A DNA stretch of 64,000 nucleotides from NCBI GenBank assembly GCA_002269645.1, contig NIVC01002050.1, positions 145,315-209,314 of the forward strand, read 5' to 3'. Source of the stretch: Macrostomum lignano. Taxonomy: Eukaryota. Positions 1-11,600 of this stretch are shown here, piece after piece. Numbering within the stretch: the stretch's first letter is position 1; the number at the start of each line of letters is the position of its first letter. The notes under the pieces were generated by a model, which was given only the letters and a program-made list of their open reading frames with translations, ran no database searches and had not been told where the DNA came from. Both the position numbers and the translations under genes were made by a program.

Positions 1-483
1 CTAGAGCCTTAAGTTCACATGAAATCCCCATTTATCCCCTTTCTCCCCACAGAGATCCCCAAACGCTAAAGTGGTCGGGTTTTCGGCATAATGGGAGCCA
101 TTTAGCTCCAAATGAAGGGATTGGCGTAGAGAAATCGGGACCCAATGCTTCAGGCTCCATTCTAGAGCCTTAAGTTCACATGAAATCCCCATTTATCCCC
201 TTTCTCCCCACAGAGATCCCCAAACGCTAAAGTGGTCGGGTTTTCGGCATAACGGGAGCTATTTGGCTCCAAATGAAAGGATTGGCGTAGAGAAATCGGG
301 ACCCAATGCTTCAGGCTCCATTCTAGAGCCTTAAGTTCACATGAAATCCCCATTTATCCCCTTTCTCCCCACAGAGATCCCCAAATGCTAAAGTGGTCGG
401 GTTTTCGGCATAACGGGAGCCATTTGGCTCCAAATGAAGGGATTGGCGTAGAGAAATCGGGACCCAATGCTTCAGGCTCCATT
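1..483. repeat. 161-bp tandem repeat, 3 copies (array may be truncated by the window start)
   Basis: ctagagccttaagttcacatgaaatcccc... restarts at 1, 162 and 323 with only a few substitutions. Confidence 0.95.
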
Positions 484-879
484 CTGACTCTTAAGTTCAC
501 ATCCCCTTTGAACCATTGTTGCTGCATTTAGCAGTTCAGTTTGTTCACCTCTCTAGGCTAGGCCTAGCTTTCTCGTTTCGATAACATCAAATTTTGCACT
601 TATATAATTCAACACTTTAAAATCCAAGCATAGAGTAAATCATACGAAGCAGTTATGATAATCAATTTCTCAGTCAGTCAGTATCAGTTAACAATATGGT
701 TACGCAATTTAAATCAAGTCTGGTGCTGCTGCCAGGATTTTCTTTTTTACCCGAGACAAGGTGAAAAATTGCACCCTATACTTTCATGGTGCAATTTTAA
801 GGCTCAAAGTGCAATTTCTCTTTTTTCTTATTTAAAGGCAGTGCAAATGAGACTTTAATAGAAAAATAGGTTATGAGAC

Positions 880-1070
880 CAGTGGCGTAGGGAGGGGGGG
901 ATCAGGGGGGATGTATCCCCCCCCCCCGAAGAGCCTGACCAAAACTTTTTTGTTGCACTTTTTCGCTATACATGCTACCATGTGAGCACTTTTACCTTGG
1001 TGTATCCCCCCCTGTAGGAAATTCACCTTGGTTTATCCCCCCCCGTAGGAAATTCCTGGCTACGCCCCTG
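880..1070. mobile_element. hAT-type MITE
   Basis: TIRs CAGTGGCGTAG / CTACGCCCCTG (1 mismatch); perfect 8-bp TSD TATGAGAC at 872-879 and 1071-1078; G-run/C-run subterminal pattern. Confidence 0.9.
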
Positions 1071-3778
1071 TATGAGACCACATCTAAACTGCACCTGTTT
1101 CAATTTTAGGGTGCAATTTTAAAATTTAAGGTGCATACGCTAGATACGCACACTTTACACAAAAAATAAACCTAGGCTGCTGCTATTTGTACTTTCTGGC
1201 CTAATGGGCAGATTACAGGAAAATGAAGCACCATAAATCAAATATGCAGGTGCTTGGTAGCTTTGAATGGCCAGTCAAGTTTCCAATTCTATGAAAATAC
1301 CAAACTGCAAACACTCAAATTCAGAATATAGAGAAAATTAGAAAAAAAACTTCTTTTTATTGATTGTTTTACTAAATGAAAATTTTTTTGAAATGCAAGT
1401 CTATTAGTTAATTTTTGACTTGCACTAATATGCACTATGCTTTCTATAGTCAGCACTAGCCTAATCAATTTTTTACACCCACTGACTAGGCCCACAAGGG
1501 GGGATAATATCTTCACTTACTCTATGCTACTGCCTATGGTGCTAAAATGAGTATCTGCAACACTAAAATAAGTGCCTATGGCACTATTAGTACTGTAAAC
1601 AAGAAACTGTAAACAAGACTTGTCACCGAAGTATCCAAACTTGTCACCTAAGTTTCCAAAATTGTCACCGAAATGTCTTGTCACCGACTTGACCAGTAAC
1701 CTAATCAAGCATAATAATAATACTAAAGTGGAACATTTTTTTGCTATAAATGTGAAGAAGACTAATAAATGCACTTTTTTATCTTTGTAGTGTATTTTTT
1801 CATAGAGCCTTAGGCTCTCCAAAGATTTGCTTAGAAAAAAGGTTCCTCGACCCCTTGGAGGTTTTTATATATGAAGCAACGAGTTAAGCAGTACTAAAAG
1901 TAATTGGTTCGAATAGTTACTTTTTGTTTGACGATTCCGAATAATTCTTAAGCTATATAGCCAATCAATTAGCTAAACTTAACTTATTATAAGAATCAAC
2001 TTCAACGTTAAATTTTTTCACTTTAGAAGGCTCAAACTAATGTTCGTTTAAAAAACATAACAAAGTTTATGTTGCTATTTAGTATTAAAAGGCATAATCA
2101 CTATATGAATATATGCGTAACATTACTGGTATTTTTTACGTTGTCTTGATTACCTTCTATTTGAGAACATTGTTGAGAACATTGAGAAGAATGTTGAGAA
2201 CATTGATGCAGCTGGGCCTCGAATGACGTCAAATAAGTTTTACAAGTCGCGACGACGAAAGAATTTTCGAGACCTCGAAGTCGAATTAATGACGTCAAAC
2301 ACGATCGAAAAGCGATCGACGCCAAAAAAATTCGAAAATTCGACATCAAAAGCCCAAGAAGGACTACCCCCCCCCCAACATTGGGGGGGGGGGTTTACTG
2401 TATATTTTGCCCAGACCAAAAGTCTAGCTGCTTCTGTATGATTGATAACTGCTTACATGTATGTAGGTATCCCAGTTATAGATGTACATGTACAGTACAT
2501 GGCACATGATAACCAGAACGTTGCGACCAGTTCCAGCAGCTAGGGACACTTCTTTAACCAGGAATTCATCAATCGTCAAATCGCGATATTTCTTCATCGG
2601 ACTGGCGTTTAACTCTGAACTCTGAAAAATTTTCAAATTCAAGTTTCAATACATTCAATAAAATATTCATGCATGTGATATTGATAATATTTTAGGTTTT
2701 ATTAAAATAATTATGCAATAATTTCCCTTTTGTTTAAAGAGAGCTTGTTGCCATGACGAATTTTTCATTACGTACATTTTCTTTAAAACGTTGGTATTTA
2801 AGTGTACGGTCTGCCCACTTGCGCTCGATCATTTTCAGTAATCAACCTCAAATTATTAAAGACTACATTCTACAATAAATTGGCAATAACCGTAACTAGC
2901 TCATTAGCGTTGTAATTGTAACATAAATTTTCGTACTTTCACTGTGCTATGTATCTATGAAACTGTGACATATAAAACTATATAAACCACAAGTTGAAAG
3001 AATGACTTAATTTTTTCTAAAAATCTGAAATAATTATTGTAAACCTGCACTTTTGACTTTATTTTTTATTAAGTTTTTGCAATTGTAACTAACTTTGTTT
3101 TTTATATCAATAGTCAACTAAAACACTATATGCTGCCAGTGCTACATATAAGTGTTACATAAAATTTAATTTGAAAACACTGAGACACAAATAGTTTAAT
3201 CGGAGTCTGCAATTTTTTACTGTCTCATTTTTGTTTACGGTTCGTATTATAAATTTGTATCTTATTAAGCAAGGAAGGCTATGTATTCTCTGCACATTAT
3301 TTCCTGTGATAAAACGGTTGAAAACTATATCAAATCGATTTTGTTTTCTGTCGACATTTAATCATCTATTTACTATTTCTTTGGAAACCTCTTTGCAATG
3401 ACTTTTGCTTTCAGTGTATTTCCATATGACATCTATTTACTAACAGTTTTTTTAAAGATTTGCCAAAAATTTACACAATATTTTTAGCTTTTAAAATTAA
3501 ACTTTATTTGCTTCAAATTTTCTATTCTTCACACTCAAAAATAGCCACTATAAAAAATTTAAAAATTTAAAAAGTTAAAAATTTTATAGTATAGAATGTA
3601 AGATTAGTGGAAATTATTATCATGTATATAATCATTTTTTTAATTCAGAACCACATACTTGTTTTCTAATAGACTAGCTGATATGAATGTCTGAAGCACA
3701 TTTATTAAATATAAATTCTTTGTCTCTCAGAATCAGTTATTTCATACCTTTATAACCATCATCTTTGCAGCCAACGCA

Positions 3779-4723
3779 ATGGCTAAATTAGCCGCCAATG
3801 AGTCACTTGAATCCCAGAGCAAGTCAAAAACTAGCGCAAATCTCACTAACGCCTGGCGCGAGCACATGCAGAGCCGCAGCTTCACCACCGAGCCGCATCA
3901 CCTGCACAGGCTTGGCATCTTGGCCTACTTCTACTGCCTCCTTGCCACCCCGGCCCTCTTCTTAACCCGCGTGCTGCCGCAACTCTCACCAGCTGACAGC
4001 GGTTGGTGGGCCGCCGGCTTGGCCACTGCCTTCCTGGTGGCGGAGAATTTTCTCAACTATCGGGCCTGCATAATTGGGCATCACGAGCACAATGTGGTGC
4101 ACTGCTTCCACTGCCAGCGGACCAGCCCCGCCGTCCTGGCCTGGCAGGCTGGGGGCGACAGACACCAGAGATGCCTCGCCTGCCAGACGGAGTCGCCGCC
4201 GCGATCCGAGCACTGCCGCCTGTGCAACCTGTGCGTCATGAGGCGCCACTTTCACTGCTACCTGCTCTGCTGCTGCATCGGGCACCGGACTCACGGCCAC
4301 TTCCTTGCGCTATGCCTGTACAGCACCGTCGGCCTGGCGACCAGCTCGCTGGCCTTCGCCATCTACGCCTTCGATGTTGGCGGCGGCTGGTCCGGCCTGC
4401 TGCTGCCGGCGGCCGCTCTCCGGTTCGCCGCTGGCTCAGCGCCGGCCGCCCTGCCCGCCGCGGTGTTCAGCCTCTACATCCAGCTGACCTGCCTGGCCAT
4501 CGCCGCCATCTACGGCTTCCTGCAGTTGCAGCTGCTGTTGCGCAATCAGACTCCGGCCGAGATTGCCGCCATGGACCGGCGCTACCGCCTGGATAGTTGC
4601 TATGACAACCTGCGCGCTTCGCTTGGCCCGGCTCGGTACTGGCCGCTGTTATTACTTTATCCGATTAGAATTGAGCCGGACTCTGACGGCTGCAACTGGC
4701 GGCTCAGATCAAAGAGAAGTTGA
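3779..4723 (+). CDS. DHHC-family (ZDHHC24-like) palmitoyltransferase homolog, 314 aa, single coding exon, degenerate HFHC motif
   Basis: CRD CLACQTESPPRSEHCRLCNLCVMRRHFHCYLLCCCIG..T...F matches the DHHC domain; four hydrophobic segments; ...NQTPAE after TM4; GC3-rich codons. Confidence 0.85.
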   Translation: MAKLAANESLESQSKSKTSANLTNAWREHMQSRSFTTEPHHLHRLGILAYFYCLLATPALFLTRVLPQLSPADSGWWAAGLATAFLVAENFLNYRACIIGHHEHNVVHCFHCQRTSPAVLAWQAGGDRHQRCLACQTESPPRSEHCRLCNLCVMRRHFHCYLLCCCIGHRTHGHFLALCLYSTVGLATSSLAFAIYAFDVGGGWSGLLLPAAALRFAAGSAPAALPAAVFSLYIQLTCLAIAAIYGFLQLQLLLRNQTPAEIAAMDRRYRLDSCYDNLRASLGPARYWPLLLLYPIRIEPDSDGCNWRLRSKRS

Positions 4724-4974
4724 CTAATTATTATAATTAGATACGACTCTCCCCTCCCTGGCAAGTAATATCGATGCTGCTGCATTAGCTGTAGGCGAAA
4801 CAGAGACTTAAAAGTACAATAAGTTTATGCAACAATATTCTGCTACTAGTGGTCCTTGCTAATTCCTTAACTTTCCAAACAAAAATTCCTAAACCCACTA
4901 AAAATTCTCATAGACAAACCGAGACAGTTTTTAACATATCCGAGGTGTCGTTTCTGCAGTACTGTGTCACCATA

Positions 4975-5305
4975 TCTCTCTGTTTGAGAGCTCCCTCTTC
5001 TCTCTCCTGACCATTTCTGACCAGTTTCTCAATCTGTCTGTTTGAGATCTCCGTCTCCTCTCTCTTTCCTCCTGACCAATTCTCAATCTGTCTGTTTGAG
5101 ATCTCCGTCTCCTCTCTCTTTCCTCCTGACCAGTTTCTCAATCTGTCTGTTTGAGATCTCCGTCTCCTCTCTCTTTCCTCCTGACCAATTTCTGAAATCT
5201 CTGTTTGAGATCTCCGTCTCCTCTCTCTTTCCTGAACAGTTTCTCAATCTGTCTGTTTGAATCTCTGTCCCTCTCTCTCCTCTTTCTCCTTCTGACCAAT
5301 TTCTC
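4975..5305. repeat. ~55-bp pyrimidine-rich tandem repeat, ~6 degenerate copies
   Basis: tttctcaatctgtctgtttgagatctccgtctcctctctctttcctcctgacca repeated. Confidence 0.85.
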
Positions 5306-6009
5306 AATATAAATTTTTAATACATGCCTTCTCTCTAGGTGTAACAAATTTTCTAGATCAATTTTCAATCGTACTAAATTGATTTTTTAATTTAAATTTT
5401 TGCATCTGAGTTTTCGCAGCAGGACTTTGAGATCTTTGCGCAGGACTTAAGCGTCCGCAGCATATTTTTTAACGTTATCGTTGTGTTTCTAAGAATAGCG
5501 CTCCTATAAATCCAATAGTATCCCACAAGCAATTGTATTTAAATTGTACCTTATATTTGTTCGTTTCAATGCTAGTCAAAAGTCAGTTTTTGTTTAACTG
5601 CGCTCTGAAGTTTACACTTCAATTTAATTTTTTTAATTTGTTTTTTAGTCCACTTTACTGTTATATTACTGTACTGCATCACATTTTCTATCGATTCAAT
5701 TCCTTTTGCTTTCTAGTCCGGAAATATATTCGTTATTGTTGACTTATTATTCATAAACTTCTATTCCTCTCGCAATTGACAGGCTTGCCTAGACTCGGAT
5801 ATAAGTCTGTCTGAAACAGTGGCTTCTGTAGTTTCTTGCTGTCGTTGCTTCCTACCCTCCCACCCCAATTCCCACCCTCCAACCCTAATTCCTATCCTTT
5901 CAACCGAATTCCTACCCCAACCCAAATTCCTACCCCAAACCCAATTCCTACGCCCCAACCTCAATGCCTGTCATGCTAACCAGCACATCTGCACTTAAAT
6001 TAACCGGGG

Positions 6010-6362
6010 GGGGCATCACAAACCCGAAAAATCACAACTCCGAAAAGCGCTTTCCATCATAAACCCGAAATATCACAAACCCGAAATATCACAAACCCGA
6101 AATATCACAAACCCGAAATATCACAAACCCGAAATATCACAAACCCGAAATATCACAAACCCGAAATATCACAAACCCGAAATATCATAACTCCGAAAGT
6201 TCTAGCAATGTCCAACACTATTTTGGTTTTCGGAGTTATGATATTTCGGGTTTGTGATGGGCGTTGCTATTAATTTCGGAGTTGTAATTTTTCGGGTTTC
6301 TGATATTTCGGGTTTATGATGGGAAGTGCTTTCGGAGTTGTGATTTTTCGGGTTTATGATGG
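6010..6362. mobile_element. Foldback-like non-autonomous element with 16-bp internal subrepeats
   Basis: Left catcacaaacccgaaaaatcacaactccgaaaag..ccatcataaacccgaaatatca is the near reverse complement of right tgatatttcgggtttatgatggg..ttcggagttgtgatttttcgggtttatgatg; (tatcacaaacccgaaa)n inside; no TSD identified. Confidence 0.6.
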
Positions 6363-6518
6363 CGAGCAATAGGTAAAACTATATGTGTTGATTAGTAGTG
6401 TTCAAATTACGGAATTCTTCAGACATTTTAAATTTACGCTGATTTTGACACAAGTGAAGCAACTGCAAAAGCAGATTTAACAAGTTGAGCATCTCATTAA
6501 AATGGATTCAAAATCATT

Positions 6519-7040
6519 TTACACGTTGCTTTCCCGGTCGACAATATTCTCTTCGAAAACCACCTTTCCGTCGGCCTCCTTGTTGTCAGTCTTCTTAACC
6601 TGAGGCCGCGCCGCCAGCTCCAGCTCTCTGGACTCAGACGGCTTGCAGGTGAGAAACGGTCGGCCCTCCAGTGCATCCTGAATGGCGTCGGCGATGCTCT
6701 TCGGGTCCGGATAGAAGCGCGTCTCCAGGCGCGAGTAGACCAGCTTGTGCTGCAGCCGGATCTCGAAGGACCTGTAGCGGCCGGCCAGCCCGGTGACCAG
6801 CAGCTGCTTGTGCCGGCCGTCTCCGGCCAGTCGCTGGTAGATCTCCTTGCGCAGCTGGAGAAACACGGCCCGGCCAATGTAGCGGTCGTACTCTACAGTG
6901 ACAATTAGCAGCACTGGCCCGTTGCTCAGGTACTCCTGTCCGAGCGCTTGATCCGACTTCTCGCTGACTGGGCCAGGACCAGGGAGCTCCGGACCAATCA
7001 CCAGCGACTCTGTAGTGCTCATCCTATCCCTATTATACAT
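6519..7040 (-). CDS. Rdx/SelW/MIEN1-like thioredoxin-fold protein lacking the CxxC/U motif (start at 7040 or 7022)
   Basis: IVTVEY (beta1) followed by RSFEIRLQHKLVYSRLETRFYPDPKSIADAI, matching the GxFEV..G.LI.SK....FP signature of the Rdx family; GC3-rich codons. Confidence 0.7.
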   Translation of the reverse strand: MYNRDRMSTTESLVIGPELPGPGPVSEKSDQALGQEYLSNGPVLLIVTVEYDRYIGRAVFLQLRKEIYQRLAGDGRHKQLLVTGLAGRYRSFEIRLQHKLVYSRLETRFYPDPKSIADAIQDALEGRPFLTCKPSESRELELAARPQVKKTDNKEADGKVVFEENIVDRESNV

Positions 7041-7278
7041 TGCTATGCTTCTCAGCTGACCTACTGGGCATGTGTGAAGCTTATTTATTCACTTAGCTTA
7101 GCCTAGGGAAAGTGCATGAGACGTGACTTAGTCAGTCAGCATTTACTATTATTCGACCATAGACAATTGCCAGGCATTGTCAAGTACTTTTGTAACTTTG
7201 CTAAATCCCCTAGCTCAATAGGTTTGATTCCAAGCTGTTGAATACTCTTCTCTCTGTTTAAAAGACAATAAAATAAAC

Positions 7279-7360
7279 AAGAATCGCCTGATACTAGGAG
7301 ATTCCGAGCGACGCGAGGAGATACTGTCTATTGCTCATCTCCTAGTATCAGGCGATTCTT
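7279..7360. repeat. Perfect 24-bp inverted repeat with 34-bp spacer
   Basis: aagaatcgcctgatactaggagat (7279-7302) / atctcctagtatcaggcgattctt (7337-7360). Confidence 0.8.
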
Positions 7361-7362
7361 TG

Positions 7363-7557
7363 TATGTAATCCACGGCATGTGCGACCTGAATATAAAGCC
7401 TTATCTCCGCCGGAGATACATGTAATGAGTTAACTCCGCTATCGATGTCTATCCATCTCGTTGGTTTGTCTATGGTAGCAGAGTTACGCTACTGATTATC
7501 ACCGCTCATTTAACACTGGGGGAATAGACGAGGCGCACAGGTAAATTGGATTACATA
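7363..7557. mobile_element. Possible small MITE with TATGTAATCCA / TGGATTACATA termini
   Basis: 11-bp perfect terminal inverted repeat including terminal TA (possible TA TSD); internal palindrome atctccgccggagat. Confidence 0.4.
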
Positions 7558-7649
7558 GAGAATTTTAAATCAAGCATTCTGGGATTTAATAGGATTATCA
7601 ACTTCACTTCCCGTCCTGAGTGATTAAAAAGTCCTTGGCTTTTTATTAT

Positions 7650-8050
7650 CAACTTACGAGTGATTGGCTTCTTTGTCTATGGCCGAGTGCAGTTTAGTGG
7701 CAGTGGCTGCTTCTTCTTCATAACGCCCCATGCACCGCAGGAGCGAGAGCCCGGGCCATCCTTAAGGAGGCGCTCGGTGTCGTTGCCGACCAGGCGCCGA
7801 CCGTCTCCACGGGGCAACGAAACAAGACGTGCTCGCTGTCGTCAGCCTCCCCACAGTCCAAGAATTGCGGGGAGTCGGTCAGAGCCAGACGATGTCGAAT
7901 GTCGGCACAGGTCGCCAACAGCTGTTGCTGCAGCGAATGGGGATGCTCCAACACTCACCAACATTGTCAACTCTCTAGTCACCAACACTCCGTGCCACAA
8001 CTGCAGTCTACCATTAATAAAAGCTACGATATAGTTAATAGTTAAGCAGC
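7650..8050 (-). mobile_element. Degenerate 3' end of a non-LTR retrotransposon ORF2
   Basis: HRLALTDSPQFLDCGEADDSEHVLFRCP resembles the C-terminal SP.C..CG..(E/D)..EH.L..CP zinc knuckle of LINE ORF2; frameshifted. Confidence 0.55.
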
Positions 8051-8641
8051 TGCAGGATCCATGCAACCCCAACGAACATTTGACACGCTCTCAAGACTTA
8101 AAAAGAAACTTCCTGCTGCAAAAATATTTCTCTCTGCCTCTGTATATTCTGATGGGTTTCGCGCTGCTGCTTTTAGCATAGGAGTCGAAATAATTCGCCA
8201 ATTATGAAAATATATCGCAAACTTGTAAATAAAAACCTTCCGTGCTTTGAGCAAAACTGGGCTGAAAAATTCACAGAACTTCTGGTAGCATTTTAGGTGG
8301 CCACCTTAGCGCATAAAAAAGGAAAAAATAGATCGCACGTTTCTTGGTACACTTTGCAGCAAAATCCTGGCTTATTTTGCCCAAAACTTAAATGATGATA
8401 TTTTAAAATTTAAATTAGCGCCAAAAGTTTGTTTGTTTTAGTCAAAAAACTATTATTGAAATTTAAGCTCGCATTCTCTGTATTTCAATTTTTCTTGAAC
8501 ATAAACTTGAATTTAAACTGCATGGACTTTCATTTAAAACAATGAAACCTTTCTTTCTACCGTAATCTATTTTTGGCGCGAATTCAAAATTCAAGCGAAA
8601 GAAAAGCAAGCACGCATGCTATATGTCAAATCGCTGGCCGC

Positions 8642-11600
8642 TCACTCCGCTCGGTCGGGCAGCTTGAGGCCGGCCGGGAAGCTGGCAAAGTCGGTCAGCA
8701 GCATGCGCACAATCTCGGCCAGGATGGCGTGAAAATTCACCAGAGCCGGCGCAGTCAGCTGGGGCACATTGTGCCGCATGAAGAACAGCCTCCGGCACAG
8801 CTCCTTCAGCTGGCAATGCAGGCTTTGAGTTGCTCGAAGCATCAAAGGCGTCACTTCTTCCAGCAGCATGCCGTGCGTGTGGCCCGCGCCTCTGTTAGTG
8901 CGGCGAGAGGTGCTCCTTCATTTCATATACCTGAATCCTTCATTTCATATACCTGAATCCTTCATTTCATATACCTGAATCCTTCATTTCATATACCTGA
9001 ATCCTTCATTTCATATACCTGAATCCTTCATTTCATATACCTGAATCCTTCATTTCATATACCTGAATCCTTCATTTCATATACCTGAATCCTTCATTTC
9101 ATATACCTGAATCCTTCATTTCATATACCTGAATCCTTCATTTCATATACCTGAATCCTTTATTTTATATACCTGAATCCTTCATTTCATATACCTGAAT
9201 CCTTCATTTCATATACCTGAATCCTTCATTTCATATACCTGAATCCTTCATTTCATATATTGATACCTGAATCCTTCATTTCATATACCTGAATCCTTCA
9301 TTTCATATACTTGAATCCTTCATTTCATATACCTGAATCCTTCATTTCATATACCTGAATCCTTCATTTCATATACCTGAATCCTTTATTTTATATACCT
9401 GAATCCTACATTTCATATACCTGAATCCTACATTTCATATACCTGAATCCTTCATTTCATATACCTGAATCCTTCATTTCATATACCTGAATCCTTCATT
9501 TCATATACCTGAATCCTTCATTTCATATACCTGAATCCTTTATTTTATATACCTGAATCCTACATTTCATATACCTGAATCCTACATTTCATATACCTGA
9601 ATCCTTCATTTCATATACCTGAATCCTTCATTTCATATACCTGAATCCTTCATTTCATATACCCGAATTCTACATTGCTCACCTGAACCCTACATTTTTC
9701 ATCGGAACTCTACATTTCTTACCCAACTTCAGACAAAGCATGAGCTTCTATGGAACCCGGAATCGCTAACTTACAAGTGCTACTTAGTCAGTAGTCTATA
9801 CTGAAAAATCTCCCCACAAAAACAAGAATTCTCATCCCAGCTCACAAATTCGGACAGAGCTGCGTCTGCACCGCATCGCACTCGTCCGTTTTCGGCTCGC
9901 ACCACTTGATCTTCCGGCCGCCGCCGCCGCCGCCAGCAGCGGGAGCACCGGTCCGCAGGTGCCGCCGGCCTCGCCGACGCTGGCCGCCGGTTTTGGCCAA
10001 CAGGCGCCGGAAGGTGTCCGTCTTCAGCGAGGCGTACGGATTGTCGCCCTGGCAGCCCCTGCGCCCGGTGGCCCGCAGCCGCTCTGCCTGTTTGGCCGTG
10101 GCGTCAGCGCAGGCCGACATCAGGTTGGCCGCCTTAGCCGCCGCCGCAGCCGGTTTTTTATGCCGGACCGCCGGCCGGGCTTTCGGCTTGGCCGCATAGA
10201 TGGCGGCGCTGCCGCAGGCGTCCTTCTTGGAGCAGCGGCCGCCGCTGCCCGGAGTGCTGTTGTTCTCGCTCTTGTTCAGCTGCCGCGGCTTCGTCGGCGC
10301 CGACTGCTGGCTGCTGCAAATGTTTGATGTAGAAGGACGGGAGACTTGGTTTCTTAGAAAATCTTTTGAAGGCTGGCTTGCTAAAAGATGAATTTTCTGT
10401 CCTATTTAAGAAGTTCTTTCGCAAATCTTGATATTGGTTCAACTTCAGCTTGACTTTTAGCTTAAATTCATCTTAACTTCAGCTTAACTTCAGCTTGACT
10501 TTTAGCTTAAATTCATCTTAACTTCAGCTTAACTTCAGCTTGACTTTTAGCTTAAATTCAGCTTGACTTCAGCCTAATTTCAGCTTGACTTCAGCTTGAC
10601 TTCAGCTTGACTTCAGCCTAATTTCAGCTTGACTTCAGCTTGACTTCAGCTTGACTTCAGCCTAATTTCAGCTTGACTTCAGCTTAACTTCAGCTTAACT
10701 TCAGCTTGACTTCAGCTTAACTTCAGCTTAACTTCAGCTTAACTTCAGCTTGACTTCAGCTTGACTTCAGCTTGACTTCAGCTTGACTGCAGCTTAACTT
10801 CAGCTTAACTTCAGCTTGACTTCAGCTTAACTTCAGCTTGATTTCAGCTTGACTTCAGCTTGACTTCAGCTTGACTTCAGCCTAATTTCAGCTTAACTTC
10901 AGCTTGACTTCAGCTTAACTTCAGCTTAACTTCAGCTTAACTTCAGCTTAACTTCAGCTTGACTGCAGCTTAACTTCAGCTTAACTTCAGCTTGACTTCA
11001 GCTTAACTTCAGCTTGATTTCAGCTTGACTTCAGCTTGACTTCAGCTTGATTTCAGCTTGACTTCAGCTTGACTTCAGCTTGACTTCAGCCTAATTTCAG
11101 CTTGACTTCAGCTTGACTTCAGCTTGACTTCAGCCTAATTTCAGCTTGATTTCAGCTTGACTTCAGCTTGACTTTTAGCTTAAATTCAGCTTGACTGCGG
11201 CTTGACTTCATCTCCAGGGCAACTCAGATTTGCCCGGAGAAAAGACAACATTCACAGTGGAATGTTGAAAAATTTTAAAAGCATTACATGCTTCTATCGC
11301 ATACACTCGTATTTGAACTGATTTATAGAGGCCGACTCACAAGCAGCTGCCAGCCATGCCAGTGAGAGTGGACGAGCCGCCATAGAGTCTGCTGCTGCTG
11401 CTGCTGCTCTGTCTGCTGACTGTCCGGCCAACCTCTCTGATCTTCCGTTGGACTTGCTTTCTGTCGGAGAGTTTGGGAAAATAGCAGTTGGCATTCACTT
11501 TGGCGTGACTTCTGTATTGGTGAATGATTCATCTTGAGACTTACCCATGCGCCTGCGACACGCTATGACCCATTGTAGAAATCTTAGCCATACTATAAAA

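Noticed and set aside
11540-11560. 8-nt micro-exon (cag|GCGCATGG|gtaagt) in intron 1 of the 4-exon gene
   Set aside because: Inclusion shifts frame to an immediate stop and leaves only a ~33-nt intron; unsupported without reads
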